Source: Wolbachia endosymbiont of Litomosoides sigmodontis
GTDB lineage: Bacteria; Pseudomonadota; Alphaproteobacteria; Rickettsiales; Anaplasmataceae
NCBI RefSeq assembly: GCF_013365435.1
Contig: NZ_CP046577.1
Location: 270,001-302,000 of the forward strand
Length of the DNA stretch: 32,000 nt
Reading direction: 5' to 3'
A model generated the notes under the pieces. The model was not told where the DNA came from and did no database searches. It saw only the letters and a program-made list of their open reading frames with translations. Both the position numbers and the translations under genes were made by a program. Positions 19,691 through 29,285 of this stretch are shown here, piece after piece. The stretch's first letter is position 1. Each line of letters begins with the position of its first letter.

Positions 19691-20605
19691 TACTGATTTC
19701 CACTATACTAAGGAACGGATAGATAATGATGAAAAATAAACTATACTGAAGTAAGTAAAATAGCAAGGTTTAAATGGTATGAAATCAGGATTATTAGATA
19801 AAAAAGTCATGGAATTAGCAAAAGAAATTCTGACTTAAAGTATAAAATAACATATGTGTTGCAAAAAGCTAAATGCTGTATTGCACTAAAAAAGCATAGT
19901 GTAACAGCCATAGCAAAGTTACATTTCGAGAACAATACTAATCACATGGATAAAGCACCTAAGCTTAGGAAAGAAGAAAAATTGTTTACTTTTCTTAATG
20001 TTGTAGAAAAACGAGGTTGAACCAGAGTCAATTTGAATAAATTGAGGTATGAATACAAGAAAATTTTAATATTACTATTAAAGAAATGATGATAAGAATC
20101 CAGGAAAAATTTAGCTTGAATGTTAGCAAGACTATGACATAATGTAATATGCAAAAATGAAGTTTTCGTATATCATTCCAAGATTAATTTACAATAAACG
20201 AGATAGAGGTAAACAGAAAATAAAGAAAACTTAATGAGATTATTGGTTAATGTCCTGAATAAGAGTTATTTATCTTTGGTAAATCGCGCGGTTTAGTGCA
20301 TATTCGGAAGTTGGACATGGATAATTTAAAAATGGCATTAGAGCATAGGTTGAAGTAAAATTAGGTAGGCAAAATTTTTATCTCTACAGTGAGTTAATTT
20401 TAAAATGTTGCAATACTTACCTGAGTTTAATCCTATTAGGAGACTCTGGTTTCTATATAAAAAACAGAACATTTTACGTAATAAAATCTACAATACAATT
20501 GCTTCACTTGAGGGCGCTTTGTGCAAATTTATTACCTCTTTCTTGCTCTATAATTAAACAACTCTGCAATGTCACTTATTTGATCACTAACAATGAAAAT
20601 TCATA
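19691..20605 (+). mobile_element. Decayed IS630/Tc1-mariner-like element, copy 2
   Basis: The left terminus is tactgatttccactatac. Residual transposase signatures are L-D-M-D-N (20311-20325) and LPEFNPIRRLW (20417-20449, compare LPPYSPELNPIE.LW), about 39 codons apart. Many stops interrupt the frame. Confidence 0.85.
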
Positions 20606-20619
20606 TCATTACTTCAAGT

Positions 20620-21250
20620 TTCTAATTTTTATAAAGTCAGCTGATAGTTGCAATTATCGACTTCACTTTTAGCTAAAATGTGTCTGTGTAGCACCTTCTG
20701 ATAATTTGCTACTCTTTCTTTTTGCATCTCCGATATAGTAGCAGCCATACTCTAATTATATTTCATTACGTAAGGCTCTGTTTTAAGGAAAGTCAGCCTT
20801 TTAGTGAATATATGGTGTATCACATATTGTAATTTCTCCTCTATGTTCATAAGAAATTCTACTTTAATCACCTGCATCGTTTACATCTATTTTAGTCCGA
20901 CAATTACCCTTATGCGAGATTTAATTACTAATATTTCTTTTGCTTTTTAGCTTATGCTCTTTTACTTTAATATAGCTCTTTAAAATTTGGTATTGATGAA
21001 TTCTTGAATTTAAATTGAGCTTTTCCTTTAACTCAGCATTTCCTATCTTTAAAGTCTTGTTTACCTTTTGTCTTTAGACTTTCATTCTCTCTTCCCAATC
21101 TTTCTATTTTTGTTTCTAACTTTGCTGTTTTCTATTCTAAACTTTTGTAGAGTTCTAAAGGCACTTACCTTATTACCACACCTTTGCTCTATTGTTATCT
21201 TTTTATACCAACTTGTCAATCTTGTTTGACCACTCCACTGAACGGATACG
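20620..21250 (-). pseudogene. IS66-family transposase, N-terminal ~200 codons, decayed
   Basis: The minus-strand translation, with stops, reads ..IGNAELKEKLNLNSRIHQYQILKSYIKVKEHKLKSKRNI...HKGNCRTKIDVND...GEITICDTPYIH.KADFP...LEYGCYYIGDAKRKSSKLSEGATQTHFS. This gives a leucine-zipper region, an NSRNSS-type motif, GH.G and a Cys-rich zinc-ribbon region, as in IS66-family TnpC. Confidence 0.6.
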
Positions 21251-21281
21251 TATATTAAACTTTTCTAAACAATAGAAGTCA

Positions 21282-21839
21282 TTATTCTACCAACGGCAAG
21301 GTAATGCCACGTTGATTCATATATTTTCCTTTCATATCATCGTATGATTTTTCACATTCACTATCACCACTTAAAAAAACAAATTGGCACGCTCCTTCAT
21401 TAGCGTAAATTTTTGCAGGAAGAGGAGTAGTATTTGAGAATTCAAGTGTAACATGACCTTCCCATCCTGGTTCCAAGGGAGTAACGTTTATTATAATTCC
21501 ACACCTTGCGTAAGTCGATTTACCAACACAAATAACTAGTATATTTCTTGGTATACGAAAATATTCCACTGTACTTGCAAGTGCTAGGCTATTTGGCGGA
21601 ATTATGCACACATCTGTTTCCTTATCTATAAAACTGTTCTTAGAAAAATCCTTAGGATCAACTACAGCTGAATTAACATTAGTAAAAATCTTGAATTTAT
21701 TGTCTACTCTTGCATCATATCCATAAGATGATAGTCCAAAAGATATGACACCCTTACTGCTTTTGTGATCCACAAAAGGCTCTATCATTCTAAAGCTTTC
21801 AGTTTTTTCCCTTATCCATTTATCAGGCATCACTGCCAT
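21282..21839 (-). CDS. dcd: dCTP deaminase
   Basis: 185 aa with PDKWI, SSYGYD.R, IPPN...LA.TVEYF.IP and GWEG..TLE..N motifs. Confidence 0.93.
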   Translation of the reverse strand: MAVMPDKWIREKTESFRMIEPFVDHKSSKGVISFGLSSYGYDARVDNKFKIFTNVNSAVVDPKDFSKNSFIDKETDVCIIPPNSLALASTVEYFRIPRNILVICVGKSTYARCGIIINVTPLEPGWEGHVTLEFSNTTPLPAKIYANEGACQFVFLSGDSECEKSYDDMKGKYMNQRGITLPLVE

Positions 21840-22210
21840 AACTGCTCCTTAAAGTTGTGCAATACTTACAATAATATAAAATAAAATTCAAATGTAAACT
21901 ATAGACCTAACAGCTTTTTATTGCTTAACTGTAGTGAAGATTTTTGGATTTTTATAGATATTATTCCAGCACTTCTTTTGTTTACCTCATATCCCCTTTT
22001 CTTGCTACTACAATACGCAGACGCTAGGACTTAGAAAAGTTTACTTTTTGTGAAGCAAGAGAACTAATTTGTTGAGAATAGAAAGTAGTTAATTCTATGT
22101 TAGGGTTTGGGGTAACGTCATCTACAAGATCTTGGAAAGTCTGAATTCCAGCGTCATGTGTTAGATAGAGTTGTCATACCTTGATGAGATGATGGTTGTC
22201 ATTATAGTTA

Positions 22211-22254
22211 TAAATATTTAGGAAACTTACTGAATGGGAAAAAGGCAAAAGAAT
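22211..22254 (+). repeat. Short repeat 'S' preceding an IS630-like left end
   Basis: taaatatttaggaaacttactgaatgggaaaaaggcaaaagaatcc matches taaatatttaagaaatctactgaacagaaaaaggaaaaaaaatca at 25616. Confidence 0.6.
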
Positions 22255-23249
22255 CCCTAATCATATCAATGCCTACTGCATAAGAATAAGTAGCCAATAA
22301 TGGAAAAGAAACTATACTAAAGTAAGTAAAATAGCGAGGTTTTTAAATGGGATTTAAATTAAAATTCTTGAATAGAAAAGTTGGGAATCAGCAAAAGAAA
22401 TGCTGAAGGGAATACGAAATGACGCATATGTTACAAAAAACTAAGTACTGTAATTGCAGCAAATATTCCATGAATAATTCATAATGAATAAGATAAAAGC
22501 ACAGTATAACAGTCATAGCAAAGATATGTTGTATCTTAAAAACAGCACTGACTACATAAATAAAGCACCTAAAATGTGAAAGAGAAAAAAATTATTTGCT
22601 CTCCTCTTTCAATGTTATAGAAAGACTAGATTGAATCAGGTAAGTTAATTTGAATAAGTTGAAGTGTGGGTGCAAGAGGGCTCTTATATTACCATATAAA
22701 CAAGATCAAGATAAGAAAAAGTTTTAAAAAAACTTATGGTAAATATCCTGAATGAGAGTTATTCATCTTCGATGAATTACGGTTTGCACACATTCGAAAA
22801 TTTTGGACATGGGTTGATAAAGTAAAATTAAGTAGATAAAATTTTTATTTCTACAGTACAGTCCATCATAGAAATGGAGAGAATTGTGGCTATTTGCACT
22901 GAGTGTTATCAACACTGATTGCATGAATATATTTCTTGAATAAACGTTGCAATGTTTAAGAACACGAGAAGACTTTCTTTTTGTATGGTGTGCTAATTAA
23001 CATAAATCAAAAAAAATTAAAGTATCTAAAAATATTGAAATTGTATGCTTAACGCCATACTCCCTGAGCTCAATTCTATTGAGGGACTTTGGCTGTATAT
23101 GAAATAGAATATTTTACGTAATGAAGTCTATAATAGAATTATTTTGCTTGAGAGTGCTTTGTCAAAATTTATTACTTCTTTTCTTTGCTACGCAATTAAA
23201 TAACCCTGCAATGTCACTTTATTTGGCCTACTAAAAATGAGAATTGGTA
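22255..23249 (+). mobile_element. Decayed IS630/Tc1-mariner-like element, copy 3 (longest, ~1.0 kb)
   Basis: Collinear with copies 1, 2 and 6. Bases 23056-23091 read P-Y-S-P-E-L-N-S-I-E-G-L-W after correcting one frameshift. The right end ...aatgagaattggta lies 5 bp from the lipA stop codon. Confidence 0.85.
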
Positions 23250-23254
23250 TAATA

Positions 23255-24118
23255 TCAACGACAAGCCTTGAGCCTATTGAAATCCTTTTCAGCATGGTAT
23301 GATGATCTAGTTAATGGACTTGATGCAACCACTAAGAAGCCTTTAGAATAAGCAATGTATTTATAATGCTCAAATTCTTCTGGGGTAATATACCTATCGA
23401 TTTTTGCATGCTTTGGAGTTGGTTGAAGATATTGACCGATTGTAATAAAATTAACTTCGGCACTTCGTAAATCATCCATAACTTGAAGCACTTCTTCTTT
23501 TGTTTCTCCAAGGCCAACCATGAGTCCTGACTTTGTGAAGAGTTTAGGATTAATTTGCTTCACCGTTTTCAATAAATATAGTGAATGAAAGTAACGAGCA
23601 CGTGGTCTTATTCTTGCATATAATCTAGGCACTGTTTCAATATTGTGGTTATAGACATCAGGTGATGCAACAGCGATTGCTTCAAATGCTCCTTTCTTAT
23701 TTAAAAAATCTGGAGTTAAAATCTCTACTGTTGTTTCTGAAGTTATTTTCCTAATTTCTTCTATGCACTTTATAAACTGACTTGCTCCGCCATCTGGTAA
23801 ATCATCACGGTCGACGGAGGTAATTACAACATGTTTTAAGTTTAACTTTTTTATTACTTTTGCTAAATTTTCTGGCTCATGAGGATCTAACTTATCAGGG
23901 ATACCAGTTGCAACGTTGCAAAATGCACAAGCACGAGTGCAAACAGAACCAAGAATCATCATAGTAGCGTGACGTTTGTTCCAGCATTCGCCAATATTTG
24001 GACATGCAGCCTCTTCGCATACCGTGTGCAGACCGTGTAATCTAACAGTATTTAAGGTCTCATTGAATACTTTACCAATCGGAGCTTTTGCTCTGAGCCA
24101 TGGAGGCTTGTTATGCAT
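23255..24118 (-). CDS. lipA: Lipoyl synthase
   Basis: 287 aa with the [13 protein letters not shown] auxiliary cluster motif and the radical-SAM [10 protein letters not shown] motif. Confidence 0.95.
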   Translation of the reverse strand: MHNKPPWLRAKAPIGKVFNETLNTVRLHGLHTVCEEAACPNIGECWNKRHATMMILGSVCTRACAFCNVATGIPDKLDPHEPENLAKVIKKLNLKHVVITSVDRDDLPDGGASQFIKCIEEIRKITSETTVEILTPDFLNKKGAFEAIAVASPDVYNHNIETVPRLYARIRPRARYFHSLYLLKTVKQINPKLFTKSGLMVGLGETKEEVLQVMDDLRSAEVNFITIGQYLQPTPKHAKIDRYITPEEFEHYKYIAYSKGFLVVASSPLTRSSYHAEKDFNRLKACR

Positions 24119-24425
24119 CTGAAACGGCTAACTTTACCTCTTGTTTTGCTAAAACTTTCTTCAACTTTCTTTTTATTTTTTGCGCTTTTTCACTTAATTT
24201 AACTGTTCTTGTATTGAGCAAAAAAGTGTCAAGATCACCTTTATAATCTATAGTCCTTAAGGTCCTTGTTGCTATACGAAACTTAAATTTTTTACTCAAA
24301 ATATTACTTATCAACGTAACATTATGTAAATTTAAGAGAAAGGTGCGCTTTGCTTTACGATTTGAATGTGACACCTTATTACCAAAAGATTTCTTCCTAT
24401 TTGTTAATTCGCAAACTCTACTCAC
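24111..24425 (-). CDS. rpmB: 50S ribosomal protein L28
   Basis: 104 aa beginning MSRVCELT.....GN.VSHSN.K..R.F..NL. The stop overlaps the lipA start by 8 nt. Confidence 0.9.
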   Translation of the reverse strand: MSRVCELTNRKKSFGNKVSHSNRKAKRTFLLNLHNVTLISNILSKKFKFRIATRTLRTIDYKGDLDTFLLNTRTVKLSEKAQKIKRKLKKVLAKQEVKLAVSDA

Positions 24426-24462
24426 TTTGATATACCAAATTATTCTATGTATTTAGGTTACC

Positions 24463-24804
24463 TTATATAGTAAAATAGTCAATGCTCTCTTGCTTAATTT
24501 TTATATCATATACTGCTTTGTAGCCAAAAAATATTGTGATTTTCTCTATCACAAAAGAAATCATATGCTGAATTTCCAGTGCTTTACTGCCATTTGTTAC
24601 TACTAAGTGTAGTATACCTGAATTTATATTTTGCGCATATGAGATTTTTTTTGGTTTTGTATGTTCTGCTATTTCTGCTCCAACTATGCTCTTCCAGTTT
24701 AAAATAAGAAGTATTTCGTTTCTGCTTATTCTGTTCCTCATGCATTTTAATGCATAACTTTCTACTATAGACTTTAGTTTCTTTTGGCCACTGCGTTTAA
24801 GCAT
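24463..24804 (-). CDS. DUF721 (DciA-like) protein
   Basis: 113 aa. The W.SIVG..IA.HT.P......GIL.L.V.N...A.E.Q......I.KI..FFGY.AV..IK pattern is typical of DUF721. Confidence 0.55.
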   Translation of the reverse strand: MLKRSGQKKLKSIVESYALKCMRNRISRNEILLILNWKSIVGAEIAEHTKPKKISYAQNINSGILHLVVTNGSKALEIQHMISFVIEKITIFFGYKAVYDIKIKQESIDYFTI

Positions 24805-24808
24805 TTTT

Positions 24809-25264
24809 TCACTGTAAACTAGATTCCTCTATGGTTGCACCATAGTATGGTGAGTATTGTTTATAAGCTCTAGTAACTGTGTCGATAACTGAAACAGGGC
24901 ACCACAGTAGATTTAATAGAATAACTTTATTAAAACTTTTACTTATCATTGCATTTAGTTGTTTATAGCCTGCTTTTTTACAGTCAATAGACAATGCTTC
25001 CGAAGTCAGCTGAGTAACCGCTACTCTAGGGGTAGATGTAACAGAATGGCTCACCTCAGGTGGGTCATTTATAACTCGTTTAACTTTTTCTATTAAGTTG
25101 CCTTTACTATCTACTACTTTGATTCTAATTACTTCTGTAGAGCCAGAAAACAGTATTGAAAAGCAATCAGTAAGTAAACTAGTTACGGATATCATTAATA
25201 AGGTATTTCTTAACCTAAGAGCCATACAAATATAGTAGTGAAATATCCTACGTTGTAAAATCAA
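24809..25264 (-). CDS. Hypothetical membrane or lipoprotein
   Basis: 151 aa maximum. An alternative start at ATG 25225 gives MALRLRNTLLMISVTSLLTDC, a signal-like segment ending in Cys. The ORF is 4 nt upstream of the DUF721 gene, so it is probably the first gene of the operon. Confidence 0.5.
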   Translation of the reverse strand: MILQRRIFHYYICMALRLRNTLLMISVTSLLTDCFSILFSGSTEVIRIKVVDSKGNLIEKVKRVINDPPEVSHSVTSTPRVAVTQLTSEALSIDCKKAGYKQLNAMISKSFNKVILLNLLWCPVSVIDTVTRAYKQYSPYYGATIEESSLQ

Positions 25265-25308
25265 TTTTTTGTTATCCCGTGCTTTAGTCCACAGATCAAA
25301 TTTCTGCG

Positions 25309-25329
25309 TTCCAGCGTTACACGCTGGAA
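25309..25329. repeat. Perfect 9-bp-stem hairpin, Wolbachia-palindromic-element-like
   Basis: The sequence is ttccagcgt-tac-acgctggaa. A related half-site, ttccagcgtcat, occurs at 22146. Confidence 0.6.
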
Positions 25330-25615
25330 TGGCAGCTCTGCTCCCCAGGCCTCACACCGTAAAAGCAGTATTTTTGTGAAAAAATCAGGTTAAAATAGCA
25401 CTTGTCAGATAAATTGCAATTGTTCCATTTACCAAATTTTTGCGCTACTACCTTTATTCTATAGTTAATTGTCCTCTCTTTAATTTTTAGTTAGAATTGG
25501 TTAAATTATCGTTAACCTGAGTGAATTTTGGACTAAATTTAAGATGTCATTTCAGTGTCAGCTGCTCAGCTTAATAGGCTCTTAAGTCAGATCTCTTATA
25601 ACTAACTTTTAACTG

Positions 25616-25665
25616 TAAATATTTAAGAAATCTACTGAACAGAAAAAGGAAAAAAAATCACGTGA
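25616..25665 (+). repeat. Short repeat 'S', second copy
   Basis: Matches 22211-22254 and is again followed by an IS630-like left-terminus sequence. Confidence 0.6.
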
Positions 25666-25715
25666 TACTGATTTTGATCATATAATAGTTTGAATTAGCG
25701 CTATAATAATTTGCT
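25666..25715 (+). mobile_element. IS630-like left-terminal fragment (~50 bp)
   Basis: tactgattttgatcatataatag...gcgctataataat aligns with tactgatttccactatactaag...acggatagataat at 19691. Confidence 0.45.
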
Positions 25716-25791
25716 AATGCTTAGTTTAAGTGTGATTTGGCTGAGCGTGAAGAAAATTTAAAAGGCATGTAGCCACGATAATTTAATGTAA
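25716..25791 (-). pseudogene. IS66-like ('R') tail fragment
   Basis: ttgctaatgcttagtttaagtgtgatttggctgagcgtgaag aligns with ttcttaatgcttataatttagattagttatggctttaaagcggctgagttgcaa at 28740. Confidence 0.45.
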
Positions 25792-26088
25792 TACTAATTC
25801 TCTCATTGTTAGTGGATTAAATAAGTAACATTTCAGAGTTGTTTAATTGTGAAGTGAGAAAGAGAGGTGATAAATTTGCATAAAGCTCTCTATTGAACTT
25901 GGGCAAGTATGTAATCTCAATATTTTTAGGTATCTATAATTTTTTTTAACTTATGCTAATTAATGTAATCTATGATAAGATAAGCTAATCTCTCTCCATT
26001 TTAAAGATTAACCTCACTATTTTACTTATTTTAGTATGGTTTCTTTTCCATTATTATCTATCCGTTTTTTGTATAGTGGAGATTGGGA
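25792..26088 (-). mobile_element. Internally deleted (MITE-like) derivative of the IS630-like element, ~0.3 kb
   Basis: Both element ends are retained in reverse orientation, the right terminus at 25792 (tactaattctctcattgttagtgg) and the left-end region at 26040-26088. About 0.6 kb of transposase interior is missing. Confidence 0.8.
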
Positions 26089-26150
26089 TGGATCAGAAAT
26101 AACCCTACTACTATGATGATGAAATTGTTAAATTTTGTCAAATGGCTTTT

Positions 26151-26756
26151 TTAGCTCTGCCTTTCAAGGCTTTTACTTGTAACCACTACTGTGCCTGCAA
26201 TCTTATCGTGCCAAGTTTGGCAGCGCTTGTTAAAATTCGACCATATAAAACCCAAAAATAGTGGCGCAACTGACACTATTAAGGAAAAAAACCTCTTAAT
26301 TGCTTGTTTTAGAGATATTTTCCCAAAGGCTTTTGCATCTACAACTCTAAGTCCAAGCAATAATTTGCCAGGTGTAGCAGCGAACTTTATCCACATGTAT
26401 GTAACATAGCTAAAGAGCATAATGAATTGGACTATTTGATTTAGGATCCATAATTTAATGAGTCTACTCTTTGCCATTTTTTCTTCTGCAGAAAGTGGTA
26501 CTTGCATTTGATATTTTGCAGCAATTTGGTTAAATGTTATGCCATCTTCTTGATTTATAAAGAGATGATTTAAGGCCTGGATGAAAAAACCCAAGAATAA
26601 CAAGAATAAAACGATAATAATAAAATCAAGCAATATCGAAATATAGCGCCTAAGTCCTGTAACATAACATATTCCATTTTCATCATTTTTTGTTTTTTGA
26701 ATAATATTTATAAGAGAGAAAATAGAAAATAAACGACCGAAAAATTTGTGTAACAT
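26151..26756 (-). CDS. RDD-family membrane protein
   Basis: 201 aa with multiple TM segments. The GLRRYISILLDFIII and ATPGKLLLGLRVVD motifs are typical of RDD domains. Confidence 0.7.
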   Translation of the reverse strand: MLHKFFGRLFSIFSLINIIQKTKNDENGICYVTGLRRYISILLDFIIIVLFLLFLGFFIQALNHLFINQEDGITFNQIAAKYQMQVPLSAEEKMAKSRLIKLWILNQIVQFIMLFSYVTYMWIKFAATPGKLLLGLRVVDAKAFGKISLKQAIKRFFSLIVSVAPLFLGFIWSNFNKRCQTWHDKIAGTVVVTSKSLERQS

Positions 26757-26778
26757 AATGCATTTTCCAATATTTGAG

Positions 26779-26861
26779 TGCCCCTGACCGGACTTGAACC
26801 AGCATGCTTTTGTAAGCAGCAGATTTTGAGTCTGATGTGTCTACCATTCCACCACAGGGGC
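26779..26861 (-). tRNA. tRNA-Leu (anticodon CAA)
   Basis: The minus strand reads GCCCCTGTGGTGGAATGGTAGACACATCAGACTCAAAATCTGCTGCTTACAAAAGCATGCTGGTTCAAGTCCGGTCAGGGGCA. It has a 7-bp acceptor stem (GCCCCTG/CAGGGGC), anticodon loop CT-CAA-AA, a long variable arm and GGTTCAAGTCC. The 3' CCA is not encoded. Confidence 0.9.
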
Positions 26862-26972
26862 CTTTTCAAATGGTATAGATAACACAGAATTAGTCAATTT
26901 TTTTTGCTTTTATATCTTTTAAATGGGTATTAAATATACTACACTGATTGACAGTTACTTTGGAAACTTAAG

Positions 26973-28424
26973 ATGAATGAATTAGCTAGTCTCATCGATT
27001 CAACAAGTGTTGGTAAGGAAATATGTAAATTACCACATAATTTAGAAGCTGAACAAATGCTTATTGGCGCAATGATTCGTGATAATAGAATCTGTGATGT
27101 AGTTGAAGATATAATCACTGCAGAGAATTTCTATGATCCACTGCATCAAAGTATTTTTACTCAGATATCTAAAACTAGAAAGCGCGGCATAGTTGCCAAT
27201 GAACTGAGCCTCAAAATGTTTTTTGAAAATGACCAAGCATTTACTAAATGTGGTGGAGTTAAATATCTTGCAAAACTTGCAGTAAAGGCAAGTATTGTGC
27301 TTGATATCTATAATTTAACTAGAATAATCCGTGATACTTACTTAAGAAGGTGTTTAATCAAGCTTGGACAAGAGATAGTTAGTGATAGTTATAATTATGA
27401 TATCGAAAACTCTGCGCAGGTGCAAATTGAACAAGCTATGACTAAGTTATTCAACTTAGCAGTAAAAAGGCAAAGTGAAAAAACATATATAAAGCTTGCA
27501 AGCTCAGTTAAAGATGTAATTGAAAAAATCAGGACACTGAAGAATAATCCAGAGGCACTAGGTATTACAACCGGACTGCAAGATCTAAATCAGCTCCTTG
27601 GTGGTTTGCAGAAGTCTGATCTATTAATTCTGGCTGCAAGGCCTTCTATGGGTAAGACAGCATTAGCATTAAATATTGCGCTTAATGCTTGCAAGCTCTT
27701 GCAAAAAAGGGTAGATAAACAACGCTATGTAGCGTTTTTTTCACTTGAAATGTCTGCAGAACAATTAACTGCAAGATTGATCACCATAGACTCAGGAATT
27801 AGCTATTATAGAGCATTGACTGGAAAGATTAGTGATTTTGAGTTGCATGAATTCATCAATACTAGTTCAGAATTAGCTGAATTACCTTTCATCATAGATG
27901 ATACTCCTGCGTTATCAATCAGCGCTCTTCGTACTAAGATACGTTTGTTATATCAGTTATATAACATAGAAGCTGTGTTTATTGATTATTTGCAGTTAAT
28001 TAGAGGGACAACAAAGAGAAGCAATGAAAATAGAGTACAAGAGATTTCAGAAGTGACACAAGGATTAAAGGCAATTGCAAAGGAACTAAATATTCCTGTT
28101 ATTGCACTATCGCAGCTCTCTCGTTCTGTTGAGCAGAGAGATGATAAAAAACCACAACTTGCTGATTTGCGTGATTCAGGAAGCATAGAGCAAGATGCAG
28201 ATATAGTAATGTTCCTTTATAGAGAAGAATATTACGAGCTGAGAAAGCAGCCAAGTGAGGGAAGTAATAGACACCGGGAGTGGCAAGAAAAAATGGAGAA
28301 AATTAGAAATGTTGCAGAGCTTATTATTGCAAAGCAAAGAAACGGGCCAATTGGCAGTGTGAAATTGTATTTTGACTCTAATCGAGGTGCATTTAGAGAT
28401 TACACTGAAAGGCATATTTTGTAG
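26973..28424 (+). CDS. dnaB: Replicative DNA helicase DnaB
   Basis: 483 aa with PHNLEAEQMLIGAMI at the N-terminus, Walker A AARPSMGKTALALNIA, IDYLQL, ALSQLSR.VE.R and ADLR.SG.IEQDAD motifs. No intein is present. Confidence 0.96.
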   Translation: MNELASLIDSTSVGKEICKLPHNLEAEQMLIGAMIRDNRICDVVEDIITAENFYDPLHQSIFTQISKTRKRGIVANELSLKMFFENDQAFTKCGGVKYLAKLAVKASIVLDIYNLTRIIRDTYLRRCLIKLGQEIVSDSYNYDIENSAQVQIEQAMTKLFNLAVKRQSEKTYIKLASSVKDVIEKIRTLKNNPEALGITTGLQDLNQLLGGLQKSDLLILAARPSMGKTALALNIALNACKLLQKRVDKQRYVAFFSLEMSAEQLTARLITIDSGISYYRALTGKISDFELHEFINTSSELAELPFIIDDTPALSISALRTKIRLLYQLYNIEAVFIDYLQLIRGTTKRSNENRVQEISEVTQGLKAIAKELNIPVIALSQLSRSVEQRDDKKPQLADLRDSGSIEQDADIVMFLYREEYYELRKQPSEGSNRHREWQEKMEKIRNVAELIIAKQRNGPIGSVKLYFDSNRGAFRDYTERHIL

Positions 28425-28489
28425 CTTTTAGCAATCTTTTACCAACGTCTATCTTTACTATGATTCCTTGATTTATTAATGAATTGCAC

Positions 28490-28869
28490 AAACATTATGA
28501 TTTCGTAAACAGGATTTCAAGTAGCTCATATAGAAATGCAAAACTACTTGATAGACCTTGCTAATTCCGTTATTTCAGGCACTGAAGCTATTTATTTATC
28601 TTCTCTGTACAGATTAAACGACGAGAAAACTTAGTGTATCTGTTGTCTTATGTTTAATGTTTTGCACTTATGTGTATTCTGTATTTTTTTCATTATTATG
28701 TATATTGTTAACTAGTGCTATGAGTCATGCTTAGTAAATTTCTTAATGCTTATAATTTAGATTAGTTATGGCTTTAAAGCGGCTGAGTTGCAATTATTGA
28801 GTATTTAAAACATAAAAAGTGATAATTTTTTTTATATAGATATTAACCATAGCTCTTTTTTTCTCTTAA
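28490..28869 (-). pseudogene. IS66-like transposase internal fragment ('R' repeat)
   Basis: Collinear with 31190-31541. aaagcggctgagttgcaattattgag (28776-28801) matches aaagtcagctgatagttgcaattatcgac (20633-20661) at the broken end of the IS66-like 5' remnant. Confidence 0.55.
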
Positions 28870-29215
28870 TGTCAATTCTCATTGTTAATGGGTTAAATAA
28901 GTGACATTGCAGAGTTATTTAATATTGCGGAGTGAAAATAGAGAGTTAATAGCTTTATACAAAGCGCTCTTAAGCAAAGCAATTGTATTATAGATTTTGA
29001 TTACGCAAAATGTTCTGTTTTATATAGAACCAAAGTTTCTCAATAGGATTGAGCTCTGTAAATATGGTAGTGGGTATATAATCTAAATATTTTTATGTTT
29101 TTTAAATTTTTAACTTATACTAACTAGTACAATCCATTTAAAACTTGCTATTTTACTTACTTCAGTATGGCTTCTTTTTCATTATTATCTATCCATAATA
29201 TAATGTAAATTAGTA
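28870..29215 (-). mobile_element. Internally deleted (MITE-like) derivative of the IS630-like element, ~0.35 kb
   Basis: In reverse orientation it retains the left end (to tactaatttacattatat at 29215). It also keeps the ELNPIEKLW-coding remnant (29030-29058, minus strand) and the right end (28870). The interior deletion starts at the same point as in the 25792-26088 copy. Confidence 0.8.
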
Positions 29216-29285
29216 TTAGACATGTACTTTTTCACTGCTTCGACAAGCTTAATCATAATACCTATTCTTAATTTTAGTTAAAATT

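Noticed and set aside
19942-20154. Short ORFs inside repeat debris: 19942-20154 (-), 31544-31750 (-), 31306-31500 (+), 30758-30952 (+), 10338-10553 (-) and 9906-10094 (+).
   Set aside because: The first three fall inside decayed IS630-like or IS66-like sequence, in frames or strands that do not match the ancestral transposase. The others overlap intact genes or are hydrophobic low-complexity runs. None has start-site support or motif support.
25330-25375. The GC-rich stretch, read on the minus strand (ggcctggggagcagagctgcc), superficially resembles the SRP (4.5S) RNA helix-8 motif GGUCCGGAAGGAAGCAGCC.
   Set aside because: There is no GNRA tetraloop, and the flanking arms do not base-pair into the required long hairpin. 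The adjacent perfect palindrome explains the local structure better.
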